Counted from the stretch's first letter, positions 51,389 through 61,729 are shown. The stretch is 64,000 nt of DNA from Waddliaceae bacterium (GCA_963783885.1 CAWAPJ010000001.1:64001-128000); one strand, 5' to 3'. Made by a program: numbers and translations. Notes: generated by a model not told the origin, from the letters alone.

Positions 51389-51473
51389 GGAAGAGTGGCA
51401 GAGTGGCCGAATGCGCCTGTCTTGAAAACAGGAGTCCCGCAAGGGACCGGGGGTTCGAATCCCTCCTCTTCCG
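51389..51473 (+). tRNA. tRNA-Ser(TGA)
   Basis: Acceptor GGAAGAG/CTCTTCC+G, anticodon arm CCTGT-CTTGAAA-ACAGG, long variable arm, GGTTCGAATCC; CCA not encoded. Confidence 0.97.
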
Positions 51474-51541
51474 ACACCTAATATGAGTTTGAAACTGCGA
51501 TCAGCTTATCAAACGGCTCACGCAGTGTTATGATCCTCTTT

Positions 51542-52174
51542 TTATTTTGCTGCTAACCAAAATTGATACAATCCATCAATATCTTCAGAACACAATAATT
51601 TCATCGATTGGGCTAATTGATCCTCAGACCAATCCCACCAAGACATTTCCAGCAATTTCTGTATTTGCCCATCAGAAAATCTTTTCCTGATAGGTTTTGC
51701 AGAATTTCCTGCAACGATGGTGTAGGGTTCGATATCTCTTGTAACTACTGACCGAGCTCCAATGACCGCTCCACTCCCCACCTTTATGCCAGGCATAATC
51801 ATCGTCTCCGCCCCTATCCATACATCATGGCCTATTTCAGTATTCCCGGCTCCTAAGTAACCGTTAGCAGCTTCTTTCATACACGGTTCATCAAAATAGA
51901 AAAAAGGAAAGGAGCTGACCCATTCCATGCGATGTCCCTGATTACCCGCCATAACAAAAGAAACACCTGTACCTATAGAGCAGAAACTGCCAATTATCAG
52001 TTTGTCCACGTCATCTCTATCAGGCATAAGATAGCGAGCGCATTCATCAAATGAATGGCCATGATAGTAACCTGAGTAATAACTGTAACGCCCAACAATA
52101 ATATTTGGATTTTTTACCTGTTGATCGAGTGGAATACCCTTAAATGGACTTTCAAAATAGTTATCTCTAGTCAT
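51542..52174 (-). CDS. catB: type B chloramphenicol O-acetyltransferase (hexapeptide-repeat xenobiotic acetyltransferase)
   Basis: [65 protein letters not shown]. Confidence 0.9.
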   Translation of the reverse strand: MTRDNYFESPFKGIPLDQQVKNPNIIVGRYSYYSGYYHGHSFDECARYLMPDRDDVDKLIIGSFCSIGTGVSFVMAGNQGHRMEWVSSFPFFYFDEPCMKEAANGYLGAGNTEIGHDVWIGAETMIMPGIKVGSGAVIGARSVVTRDIEPYTIVAGNSAKPIRKRFSDGQIQKLLEMSWWDWSEDQLAQSMKLLCSEDIDGLYQFWLAAK

Positions 52175-52212
52175 GAAATGATTCCTTGTGTCTTGTCTCA
52201 AAAGTTTTTTGC

Positions 52213-53276
52213 TTAAGATAGCTGGTTAAAGATAACATTTCGACTTAATAGTTTTGAAATAATGTCAGTAGTTGATTTGTCAGACTCATCTAGAGGACCT
52301 ATACTAAATTCTCTGAGTTTTTCACATTGAAGTATTTCTTTAGGAATGGAAATTGTCGTAGGTCCAGTCAACAAGTCTGACCCGTTAAGAATAAAAATTG
52401 TTTCCAGATTTTGCAGCTTCCCAATTTCTGGGGGAAGGGAACGGAGATCGCAACGGTGAAAATAAATATGTTTTAAATTGGTTAACTTCTCGATTTCCGG
52501 AGGAATCGACTTTATATCCATATACATTGAGGTGAAAGATTCGAGTTTTGAAAAATACTGAATTTCCGGAGGTATGTAATAGAATTGAGGTTTATCTTTT
52601 CTTGGATTTGCAATATTTATTTGTTGAATATCCGGAGACCGGTCTTCAAGGGTCTCTCTCCATCTTTTTGCCTCTTTTTGTGCTTGCTCAGGATCCTCCA
52701 AATGCTCTTCCAAGGATATTTTCCTATCGGATAAAACGATACGGCAAAATTGACAAAGAGCCACATCCTGCTTTTGCTCAATTTCTTTTGTGATGCGCTC
52801 GACGATTTCCGGCTTAATCGTTTCATCCACGTCAATTTCGTAATCACGGCATAGCCTGTCCAGCTCCTTAGAAAAACCTCGACAAAGGCCGCACGATAAG
52901 CACGTGTGTTTGGTTCTATGGGCACTTTTTTGAACTCAGGCTTCTTATCTTTTTTTCGAAATAATTTCGAAATTATGCCTTTCTTTTTTTCCGGTTTTTG
53001 CTCCTCTTCCAAATAGAAGGCCTTATCTGGAAGCATTTTTTCAACCCTTTCCCCGAGTTTAGGGTAAGCTCTCTTCAGGTGTTTCATCGGTGAGAGGCTT
53101 TCATCCTCGCAAATCTGTTTCCATGAACGGCTGACTAAACTTAAATTTTTAACATCTTCTTCATCTAATTTACTGGCAATAAATAATCTAACCTCATCGG
53201 GAAGATTCGAAATAAGGTCTTTTTCCGGGGGCTTAGACCGGTCAATTTTATCTCTATCTGGCGGCAATTTTTGCAT
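52213..53276 (-). pseudogene. F-box plus leucine-rich-repeat gene split by a 1-nt frameshift
   Basis: F-box ISNLPDEVRLFIASKL...LSLVSRSWKQI in one frame; LRRs (IPPEIEKLTNL, LPPEIGKLQNL) in another; frames join at the T5 run 52872-52876. Confidence 0.8.
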
Positions 53277-53382
53277 CTCTCATCTCCTTAATAGCTTTTT
53301 TAAACTGAAGAAGCAGGATTCATGCCAAAACAATTTTTTAACGGCTTGTAGATTAACGTGGATTGAGATAAAATTTCACCTG

Positions 53383-55248
53383 ATGAAGTACTGTGAATTC
53401 GTTTACAAGACGTTAAGGCGAAAGACGCGAGAAGTGATGGTCGGAAGCGTCGGGGTCGGAGGGGCCAATCCTATCCGTATTCAATCAATGACCACATCCA
53501 GCACAAGGGATGTCGAGGCGACGCTCGAGCAAATCATGAGGCTGGCCGATTCCGGCTGCGAAATCGCCCGCGTGACTGTACAGGGCATGAAAGAGGCCGA
53601 AGCGTGCGAGGGGATCAAAAATGGCCTTTTGCGGAAAGGGTATGAGATTCCCCTTGTCGCCGATATTCATTTTTACCCCCCTGCCGCCATGAAAGTGTGC
53701 GAATTTGTCGACAAAGTGAGGATCAACCCAGGAAATTTTGCAGACAGAAGGGCGACTTTCAAGGTTTTGGAATATGATGATGCATCTTATGCCAAAGAGA
53801 TCGAAAGAATCGAAGAGAAATTCACCCCCCTCGTCGTCAAATGCAAGCAGCTCAAACGAGCTATGCGTATCGGGACCAATCACGGATCGCTGTCCGATAG
53901 AATCATGAACCGCTTTGGGGACACCCCTCAGGGGATGGTCGAATCGGCTCTTGAATACGCCAGAATCTGCCGGCAAAATGACTATCACGATTTTATGTTT
54001 TCGATGAAGTCTTCCAATCCGCAAGTGATGATTCAGGCCTACCGGCTCCTCGCGGCCAGGATGTATGAACTGGGGTGGGAATATCCCCTCCATCTCGGCG
54101 TCACGGAGGCGGGAGAGGGCGAAGACGGCAGGGCCAAATCGGCAATCGGCATCGGCTCTTTGCTTCTCGACGGGCTGGGCGATACGATCCGCGTCTCCCT
54201 CACGGAAGATCCATGGCACGAGATCGATCCCTGCTCGCGATTGATACGCTTTGCCAAGAGTTATCAAGGGCGAGGCATTCTTCCGTTCGAAGAAAAACAT
54301 CGCGATATGATGCACATCGTTCGGCGCTCGGTCGATCTACCCAAGCATGTTTCGATGCACCGAGACGGAACAGTCATCCTAAAGATGAGTCGCGAAGCAG
54401 CGGATGATCCATCTTTCTATGAAAAGATTGGATGCTCCGAAATTGGGAGCTTAACCCCGATGAGCGCAGACAGCCTCATTTTTGATCAAATGCCGGAAAA
54501 TGGAAGCGATCTCAAAGAGGCCGGAGTGGGCATCCTGCAGCCTGTTTCGATTCGAGAGCATGAACTCAGGCGCTTTGCGACTCGGCTGGGAGAAAGATAT
54601 CGCGACGCCGTTTATGTTGAGGAAAATGATGAAGCTGTGTGGCAGTCTTTAAAAACGATCAAACCCGCGATGATCTTACTCCGCCCTAAAGAAAACTGCC
54701 TCCATGTTTGCCGCAAATTTTTTGAGTGGCTGCAAGCAAACGATCTAAAAGTTCCTGTGATTCTGAATTTTTCCTATGACTGCTCGAAAGAAGACCTGAT
54801 TATTCGCTCTGCGGCTGAATGCGGCTCTCTTTTCTGCGATGGTCTTGGAGACGGCCTCTGCCTTGAAGGGCCTTATGACCCCGCATTTTTGCGCAATTTG
54901 AGCTTTAACATTCTTCAATCGGCAAGGATGCGCATGATCAAAACTGACTTTATCTCCTGCCCCAGCTGCGGACGGACGCTATTCAACCTTCAAGATGTCA
55001 CAAAAAGAATTCGGAAAAGGACAGCGCATCTTCCCGGCGTCAAAATCGCGATCATGGGATGCATTGTGAACGGTCCGGGGGAAATGGCGGACGCTGACTT
55101 CGGTTATGTGGGGTCAAAACCGGGAAAAATCGACCTGTATGTAGGCAAGACATGCGTTGAGCGCAATATCGACTTCGAGGATGCTGACGACCGTTTGGTA
55201 GACTTAATCAAAGCTCATGACCGTTGGGTTGACCCTACCACTTATTAG
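53383..55248 (+). CDS. ispG: (E)-4-hydroxy-3-methylbut-2-enyl-diphosphate synthase (long form)
   Basis: IQSMT, ADIHF, RINPGN, RIGTNHGSL, HLGVTEAG, CPSCGRT, MGCIVNGPGE. Confidence 0.97.
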   Translation: MKYCEFVYKTLRRKTREVMVGSVGVGGANPIRIQSMTTSSTRDVEATLEQIMRLADSGCEIARVTVQGMKEAEACEGIKNGLLRKGYEIPLVADIHFYPPAAMKVCEFVDKVRINPGNFADRRATFKVLEYDDASYAKEIERIEEKFTPLVVKCKQLKRAMRIGTNHGSLSDRIMNRFGDTPQGMVESALEYARICRQNDYHDFMFSMKSSNPQVMIQAYRLLAARMYELGWEYPLHLGVTEAGEGEDGRAKSAIGIGSLLLDGLGDTIRVSLTEDPWHEIDPCSRLIRFAKSYQGRGILPFEEKHRDMMHIVRRSVDLPKHVSMHRDGTVILKMSREAADDPSFYEKIGCSEIGSLTPMSADSLIFDQMPENGSDLKEAGVGILQPVSIREHELRRFATRLGERYRDAVYVEENDEAVWQSLKTIKPAMILLRPKENCLHVCRKFFEWLQANDLKVPVILNFSYDCSKEDLIIRSAAECGSLFCDGLGDGLCLEGPYDPAFLRNLSFNILQSARMRMIKTDFISCPSCGRTLFNLQDVTKRIRKRTAHLPGVKIAIMGCIVNGPGEMADADFGYVGSKPGKIDLYVGKTCVERNIDFEDADDRLVDLIKAHDRWVDPTTY

Positions 55249-55938
55249 TCTCTTCATAGCCCAACTCGATAAGCAGATCTCCGACATTTTTTTTGAAAAC
55301 ATCTTTTATCTTTTCATCAAAGGATTCTCTCCATATGGAAGTCTTGGCACGGCAGAAGGTCGCTCCTGTTCCATAGACAGAGGAAAACACTTCAAGGAGG
55401 TTTTCGTCCGAGATTTCTATATCGAGAAACCGGGCAATTTTTCTCAGCTCGGCAAGATGCTCCTCTTCGGTTCAACAGCCTCCGGTAGGGCCGATAAGCT
55501 TTTCAAAACTTAAGATGCAGCAATTGGGGCTCTTATGCCACCCCTGAAAAGCCTGGACATGCCATCTGGTGAAATTCCACCAATCGGTCCCCTCGATCAT
55601 GACAATCATCTGTTTGTCGAAAGGGAGACGGGAATACCACTCGAGAGGAAAGGGGCAGCAAATGTTTTTTCCATAATATTTGGCAGCCGAAACGACAAAA
55701 TCCCTGATGTCTCTTGCAATATGAAAAACTTTTGCTCTCTTCCAGATAGGTTCTTAGAGAGTCGCTGCAAGGGATATGAGAAGCCAAAAACCGCCCTTCA
55801 TTTTTATATCGATTCAACATGTCAACAATTCTGCCTTGGGTATGGGCGGCCTGTGAAGATATATCGGAACATAGCCTAGATTTTGAAGAAGATATGTGTA
55901 TTTCCACCGGGAGCAGTCCCTATAGTTGAAGTCCGAAG

Positions 55939-57083
55939 ACCCTGATTGCTACCTAAACTTGTTGTTAAAGTCTTTCGTTGGATTCAGATGCGTAGACTCG
56001 ATTTGAAGGCAAGGGTAATCCCTTGCCGATAATCGAGGCTTAGCAGATGAATTCAATGAAAGATTTTAACGACAATAGTCTCTATGATACTTCCTTAGCC
56101 AAAAAAAAGGGGGCATCATGGAAACTTACGCAACAACAGTTTATGTCATCAGCGAAGAAATCCTTCGAATTTTGGGGATTAAAGACGATCCTCAATCTCA
56201 AATGCCCAACGCAGAAGTGATAACTTTTGCTATTTTATCAGCAAAATATTTTTCTTGTAACTATAAAATGTCCAGATATTTATGTAAAAGATTACGATTA
56301 TTCAGAGCTATTTTAAGCAATAGCCGGCTAAATCGCCGAATTCATAAAATTCCTTGGATTTGTTGGAACGCCATTTTCCGTTTTTTAGCTCTATTTTTTA
56401 AGCAAATAAATAAAGATCAGGGTTTTGCTATAGACAGCTTTCCAGTTTCATGTTGTCAGAAAAATAGAATCGATAAACGGAAGGTTTTTCTAGAACGAAG
56501 GTATTTAGGTTTCGCAGCTTCTAAAAAGCGTTACTTTTGCGGCATAAAAGTTCATAGGATTGTGACGAGCGAAGGCAAGCCGGTTGAAGTTCTTTTCAAG
56601 CCAGGAGCAGTAAGCGATGTAAAGGTGCTCTGGGAAATGAAACTGGACATTCCACCAGATTCTAAACTTTATGCAGATGGTGCGTATAATTGCTTTGATT
56701 TAGAAGACATCTTGAAAGAAGAACAAATTACATTGCTTGCAAAACGGGGATGTAAAGCAAAGAATAGAGTCCGAACACCAATTGAAGAGAGGGAAATTAG
56801 CAGCAAGCGACAGATTGTCGAGACGACATTTAGCTGCATAACAAACCTTTTCCAAAGAACTTTTAAGTTCTGCACTGAACAAGGCTTTTTGATAAAAGTA
56901 TTCTGTGCAATTCTTGCCTATAGTGTTTCGTTTTTATGCAAAGGGGAGCTCAGCTAGAGCTTACACGAGCACACCATCTACTGCCTGTAGCGCCTCGGCA
57001 AGGGATTACCCTTGCCGAGGCGCTACAGTTGTATCTGGCGCACTCGTGTAAGCTCTAGCTAAGGTTTAGGTAGCAATCAGGGT
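55939..57083 (+). mobile_element. IS982-family insertion sequence, full length
   Basis: TIRs as above; 5-bp direct repeat CGAAG. Confidence 0.95.
56118..56957 (+). CDS. IS982-family DDE transposase
   Basis: Differs from the 25104-25943 copy at three residues (S>P, M>R, P>Q). Confidence 0.93.
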   Translation: METYATTVYVISEEILRILGIKDDPQSQMPNAEVITFAILSAKYFSCNYKMSRYLCKRLRLFRAILSNSRLNRRIHKIPWICWNAIFRFLALFFKQINKDQGFAIDSFPVSCCQKNRIDKRKVFLERRYLGFAASKKRYFCGIKVHRIVTSEGKPVEVLFKPGAVSDVKVLWEMKLDIPPDSKLYADGAYNCFDLEDILKEEQITLLAKRGCKAKNRVRTPIEEREISSKRQIVETTFSCITNLFQRTFKFCTEQGFLIKVFCAILAYSVSFLCKGELS

Positions 57084-57262
57084 CGAAGGGATCCAGCAAG
57101 CCTTTTTCTCGGTAAGCTTCTCTAGAATCGGGATGAGAAGATGACTGCCGGTCTTCGGCATTGTCGTGACGATAAATTCGGCAGCTGATAAACTGATCGT
57201 CAGGAATAAAGCGACAAACAAATAGCGAAACATCGCAGTTATTATAGACAAAGTCAGCTATT

Positions 57263-57772
57263 ATGAGAATACTGCTTTTGCTGCTTGCTCTTGGAACACT
57301 CGGAGCAAACGACATCACTTTGACAATTGAACACGCCCAAACCCCCGAAGAGCTTAGCTGGGGCCTAATGGGAAGAGAGGAGCTTTCGGAAAATCACGGG
57401 ATGCTCTTCCATTATCCTCAATGCACAAGACATAAGCTTTGGATGTTTGGCTGTCTTATCCCCCTCTCTGCCGCATTTCTTGACGAGGAAGGGAAAATCG
57501 TCGAAATTCACCAATTGGAAGCCTATCCCGACAAAGTGAAAAATACCGTTCCAATCGAGTCCTATGAAGATCTGGAAAATCTGGACCTCAAGGATCCTGT
57601 CATCCGGTTTTTTATCAAAAAGTCTGTTATATCTTCCAAACCAGTCAAATATGCCTTGGAAATGCCTTATGGCTGGTTTCATGAAAATGGAGTGGCTGAG
57701 GGAGACACCCTCATCTGGGAAAGTCCTGTTGAGAAAATCGGGAATATAGGCTATATTAAAATATATGAGTAA
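57263..57772 (+). CDS. DUF192 family protein
   Basis: E.AQTPEELSWGLMGR, GMLF, LWM....PLSAAFLD, YALE. Confidence 0.88.
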   Translation: MRILLLLLALGTLGANDITLTIEHAQTPEELSWGLMGREELSENHGMLFHYPQCTRHKLWMFGCLIPLSAAFLDEEGKIVEIHQLEAYPDKVKNTVPIESYEDLENLDLKDPVIRFFIKKSVISSKPVKYALEMPYGWFHENGVAEGDTLIWESPVEKIGNIGYIKIYE

Positions 57773-58139
57773 ACCACTTGTCTCTCATCAGAAAGCTGTT
57801 TCTATCGCCGGAGGGGTCCTGCTTATTTGCATCGGCATACTCTTTTATACCAAATTCTGGTGGCCGGGGATTTTGCTGGCCCTTATGGCAACTGTAGGCA
57901 TCAAAGAAGCGCTTAGAGGGCGGTATTACGATATGGCCTTGTCTGTCGCCATTTTCGGTGTATTGTTTTTGTTCTTCTTCTTAAACAGTAGCTGGTCTAT
58001 TGCCGTTCCTGTTTTATTTACTGTCGCAGGAATATGGATTATCTTCCGCGAATTTTTGAGCACGCAAAAACGGACAGGAGACGAGGCCGCTGAAGATGCA
58101 AGCCGGGAGATGAATGACGAGGAAGAAGATGAACAATGA
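57765..58139 (+). CDS. hypothetical membrane protein
   Basis: Four hydrophobic segments, WWPGILL. Confidence 0.75.
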   Translation: MSKPLVSHQKAVSIAGGVLLICIGILFYTKFWWPGILLALMATVGIKEALRGRYYDMALSVAIFGVLFLFFFLNSSWSIAVPVLFTVAGIWIIFREFLSTQKRTGDEAAEDASREMNDEEEDEQ

Positions 58140-58521
58140 TATCATTCATATTGCCAAAATCCTAAGCCGGGGCGAAACTGTTTACCTTTTTTTAAAAAAA
58201 ACGGGTCCGGAAACCTACCAGTGGTTTAGAGGTGAAGAGACGACAGATGTCAAAGGAATCACCCCGGAAGAGGCCATGAGGCTTGCCAAAAGGCAATGGA
58301 GGCATAACTCCTTTCGTTTTGTAAACTGCGGATTTCGTTTTACCCTTCCGGAAAGAGACGAGCACGGAGGCAATGCGCTATTTTGTCAAATGGCCGCCTC
58401 TTATAAGGCATCCAATGGCATCTATTTTGACGAAGAGCTGGGACACAGCTGCATCGTTAAAAAAGCTTCGGACGAGGCAAGCGAATTGCTCAGAAAATTA
58501 AAGAGGGAATTGCAAAAGTAA
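58129..58521 (+). CDS. hypothetical protein
   Basis: CGFRFTLPERDEHG..ALF.QM motif; operon position before pknD. Confidence 0.75.
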   Translation: MNNDIIHIAKILSRGETVYLFLKKTGPETYQWFRGEETTDVKGITPEEAMRLAKRQWRHNSFRFVNCGFRFTLPERDEHGGNALFCQMAASYKASNGIYFDEELGHSCIVKKASDEASELLRKLKRELQK

Positions 58522-58666
58522 TGCAAAACCGATTTTTGAGCGATTTTGCCGAAATTCGTCATTTGATGCAAATTCACATACTCCTAAGAGTAGGGAATTT
58601 GCATCAAATGGCGAAGTTCGGTGAAAGCGCCAAAAAGCGGTCTGCAGGAGTTTTGCAATTCCCTCT
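58502..58666. repeat. 165-bp palindromic MITE-like element
   Basis: Perfect 16-bp ends AGAGGGAATTGCAAAA/TTTTGCAATTCCCTCT; inner CATTTGATGCAAATTC/GAATTTGCATCAAATG. Confidence 0.8.
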
Positions 58667-58687
58667 AAAATCCTGAGGAATCCACCC

Positions 58688-61600
58688 ATGGAACGTCCTC
58701 GCAAAAATGAATCTAAAGAAATCGTTTGTCCTTCCTGCGGCTCCCACTTCTTCTTGTCGGGAGATAAAAAAGCACATCCCGCATTTTGCACCTACTGCGG
58801 CCATACTTTGGACCAGTCGAGAGACCAGGAAACCACCCTGGAGGAAATTTCTTTTGTTCAAAAACATATCCCCGATGAAGAGTCAGTGCAGTTCAGCATC
58901 GGGTCTTATCAAATTCTAAAAAGAATCGGCAAAGGCGGAATGGGCGAAGTCTTTCTCGCCTACGACACCGAATGCGGCAGAAGAATTGCTTTGAAACGTA
59001 TCCGTACGGATTTAAAAAACAGAAAACAGCTGCTTCAGCGCTTCCTGAAAGAAGCGCGCATCACAGCCCAGCTCACCCACCCGTCGATTATTCCTATTTA
59101 TACCATCCACGAAGATGGACAAAATATCTATTATACCATGCCCTTTGTGGAAGGAGAGACGCTCAGGGAAATCATTAATAAAGCCAGAAAACTGGAAAAA
59201 AAAGGAGAGAAATCCGAAAGCGCCGGAACGTCGATCCCCTCGCTGGCGCGCATTCTCGTCAATGTTTGCCAAGCGATCTCCTATGCACACTCACATGGGG
59301 TTCTTCACAGGGATATCAAGGGAGAAAATATCATTGTCGGAAAATTCGGAGAAGTCATGATTCTGGATTGGGGCCTGGCAAAAATTGTGAAGTCTCCTCC
59401 TGAGGATGAAGTTTTTGAAGAAGAAAAGCCGACATCGCCCGATATCACTGCCATAGGGAAAGTTGTTGGTACAATTTCCTATATGGCGCCTGAAAGGGCG
59501 AGAGGCAATCCCGCAACGACTCTAACCGACATCTATGCTTTGGGCGTACTCCTCTTTGTTATCCTCACACTTCGGCATCCCTTTAAACGAGGCAATCTCG
59601 AAGAATTTCGAAAAACCATGGTCAACGAAGTGTTCAAGGATCCCGCAGAAATCGCCCCTTACAGGGACGTCCCCCAACTCCTGGGGCAAATTAGCAGAAA
59701 ATGTTTGTCGGTTAATCCCGAAGAGAGATATCAAACCGTAGACGAACTGATACACGATCTGGAAAACTATATTGAAGGGCGCTCGGAATGGTTCGAAGTT
59801 TGCCAGCTCGATATTCTTCAGAAAGACGATTGGCAGTTTCAAGAACATGTCCTAATGGCAGAGCAGATGGCGATCACAAGGACACCCGAGTCTTCGCAAT
59901 GGGTCACTTTGATGATTTCCGAAAAGTCTTTTGCGGAAAACATACGAATAGACGCCAGGGTCAAGATTTACTCCGACGGACATGGAATCGGTTTTTTGCT
60001 GAGTATACCCGAAACTTCAGAAAGGCGGCATTTAAATGACGGGTATTGCCTTTGGCTGGGTACGGAAGATCATAAGGCGACCAAACTTCTGAGGTCGACA
60101 GTCGAGGTTCTTCACACGCCCGACATCTTTCTCGAAAGCGGCGTTTGGCACCGGATACGCATTGAAAAAATTGACCATAACATCTATTTTTATCTCAACA
60201 AAGCTCTTCAATTTTCCTATATCAGCCATATTCCCTTAACGGGTACCCACGTCGGATTGATCTGCAGAGACACAAACTTCGACCTGGAATCATTTTCAGT
60301 GTCGCTCGGAAGCCAAAGCGTTATGGTCAACTGCCTCACGGTGCCCGACGCATTTTTAGCCCACAAGTATTATGATATAGCGCTGAGCGAATACCGAAGA
60401 ATCGGCTATACCTTTCCCGGACGGCAGGAAGGACGAGAAGCCATGTTCCGGGCGGGGATCACTCTTCTCGAACAAGGCCGCTATCAAAGCGAATTGAAAA
60501 AATCTCAGGAATTCTACGACCTGGCTCTTCAGGAATTCGAAAAGCTTCACCGAACCCCGGGAGCTCCCCTCGAATATTTAGGCAAAGCTCTTGTTTATAA
60601 AACACTACAAGACATATCCGAAGAAGTTAAATGCTACATGCTAGCTTATAGAAGGTATCCGAAACACCCTCTTCTTTCCGTGCTTGACGAGCAGGTTGCC
60701 TACCGGATGCACGAATGTTCCCGATATCATCGCCATGCCACTTATGAACTTGTCCTTCTTGTAAATCGGCATATCCCGACTGTTCAGAAAACCCCGCATA
60801 CACAAAAACTTATCGAAACGCTGCAGAGGCACTGGGAAACGCTTCCCTTCATTCAAAACGATCCTTGCGGCGCACACGTTAGCAAAGTCAGCAATATCTC
60901 TTTTAGCCTTCTCCTAAGTTTTTGGCTGGCCAAACCGCTATTCATCGAAGAGTTGATCGATTCCCTCATCAAACTCGACAACATTTATCCCATCACATTT
61001 TTTAACGCCCTTTACTGCATCCTTGAGCTTGGGGCGGCAGACCTAGTCAGCGAGCTGTTTGCCAAAACATTGGAAACACGTCCTGAAGACGAGAGCAAAT
61101 TTTTAATTAAAGCCTTCACTCCCTTTGCCTTCGCTGTCAAAGCCGAAAGAGCCCCCATACAAGAGGTCCTGGAAGATTTTCTGATCTCCCTCAAGCGGGA
61201 GATCAACTTTAATGAAATGCGCATCCTCATTTATTTAATCGAAAAGGCACTTTCCGAAGAAAAAACCTCCCTAGTCTATGAAGCACTCGATCGACTGAAT
61301 ATCACGCAGCTGGAAACAAAGCAGCGGCTGAGGCTCGACTATTACCGCATCTGGGCGCTTTTGATCGATAAGAGATGGAGCGAAGCGGGAAAAGTATTTG
61401 AGAGGTACCCTCTTGAATATATCGGAGAGGAAAAAAGCGCCTTTCACTTTCTCTACGGATGCTGGCTTTATGTCACTGAGGGACCTGAAATTGCCAAAGC
61501 CCATTTTTCAGGGGTTCTGGAAGTTTCCTTTCCCAGAAGCTGGACACTGGCCACACACTACATCAACGAAAGGTTCTACGACGGACACCGCTGGTTTCAG

Positions 61601-61729
61601 CAGGCCTTTATGTGGGAAAAACGGCAGCTTTACAGACAGCTGTCGCTCTATTACCACTGCCGAGGCGACCAGCAAAAGAAAGATCTTTATCAAGAACTGG
61701 CAAAAAAACAGGTGATCAATGCAGATTAA
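58688..61729 (+). CDS. pknD: serine/threonine protein kinase PknD-like, with N-terminal zinc ribbon
   Basis: CPSC..CTYC; GKGGMGEV, ALK, HRDIKGEN, DWGLAK, YMAPE; long chlamydial PknD-type C-terminus. Confidence 0.9.
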   Translation: MERPRKNESKEIVCPSCGSHFFLSGDKKAHPAFCTYCGHTLDQSRDQETTLEEISFVQKHIPDEESVQFSIGSYQILKRIGKGGMGEVFLAYDTECGRRIALKRIRTDLKNRKQLLQRFLKEARITAQLTHPSIIPIYTIHEDGQNIYYTMPFVEGETLREIINKARKLEKKGEKSESAGTSIPSLARILVNVCQAISYAHSHGVLHRDIKGENIIVGKFGEVMILDWGLAKIVKSPPEDEVFEEEKPTSPDITAIGKVVGTISYMAPERARGNPATTLTDIYALGVLLFVILTLRHPFKRGNLEEFRKTMVNEVFKDPAEIAPYRDVPQLLGQISRKCLSVNPEERYQTVDELIHDLENYIEGRSEWFEVCQLDILQKDDWQFQEHVLMAEQMAITRTPESSQWVTLMISEKSFAENIRIDARVKIYSDGHGIGFLLSIPETSERRHLNDGYCLWLGTEDHKATKLLRSTVEVLHTPDIFLESGVWHRIRIEKIDHNIYFYLNKALQFSYISHIPLTGTHVGLICRDTNFDLESFSVSLGSQSVMVNCLTVPDAFLAHKYYDIALSEYRRIGYTFPGRQEGREAMFRAGITLLEQGRYQSELKKSQEFYDLALQEFEKLHRTPGAPLEYLGKALVYKTLQDISEEVKCYMLAYRRYPKHPLLSVLDEQVAYRMHECSRYHRHATYELVLLVNRHIPTVQKTPHTQKLIETLQRHWETLPFIQNDPCGAHVSKVSNISFSLLLSFWLAKPLFIEELIDSLIKLDNIYPITFFNALYCILELGAADLVSELFAKTLETRPEDESKFLIKAFTPFAFAVKAERAPIQEVLEDFLISLKREINFNEMRILIYLIEKALSEEKTSLVYEALDRLNITQLETKQRLRLDYYRIWALLIDKRWSEAGKVFERYPLEYIGEEKSAFHFLYGCWLYVTEGPEIAKAHFSGVLEVSFPRSWTLATHYINERFYDGHRWFQQAFMWEKRQLYRQLSLYYHCRGDQQKKDLYQELAKKQVINAD

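Larger units (their letters stand above)
55235..57233 (-). pseudogene. signal-peptide-bearing sulfotransferase pseudogene (IS982 insertion plus frameshifts/stops)
   Basis: TMPKTGSHLL (5'-PSB), FLASHIP, KVFHIARDIRDFVVS (3'-PB), FEKLIGPTGG, GDLLIELGY in successive frames. Confidence 0.82.

Noticed and set aside
51474-51541. attC site downstream of catB, or tRNA 3' duplication marking an island
   Set aside because: No convincing RYYYAAC...GTTRRRY pair, no integrase, and no second tRNA 3' copy noticed
55217-55907. Plus-strand ORFs 55217-55513 and 55535-55879 as genes
   Set aside because: Better explained as antisense to the sulfotransferase pseudogene
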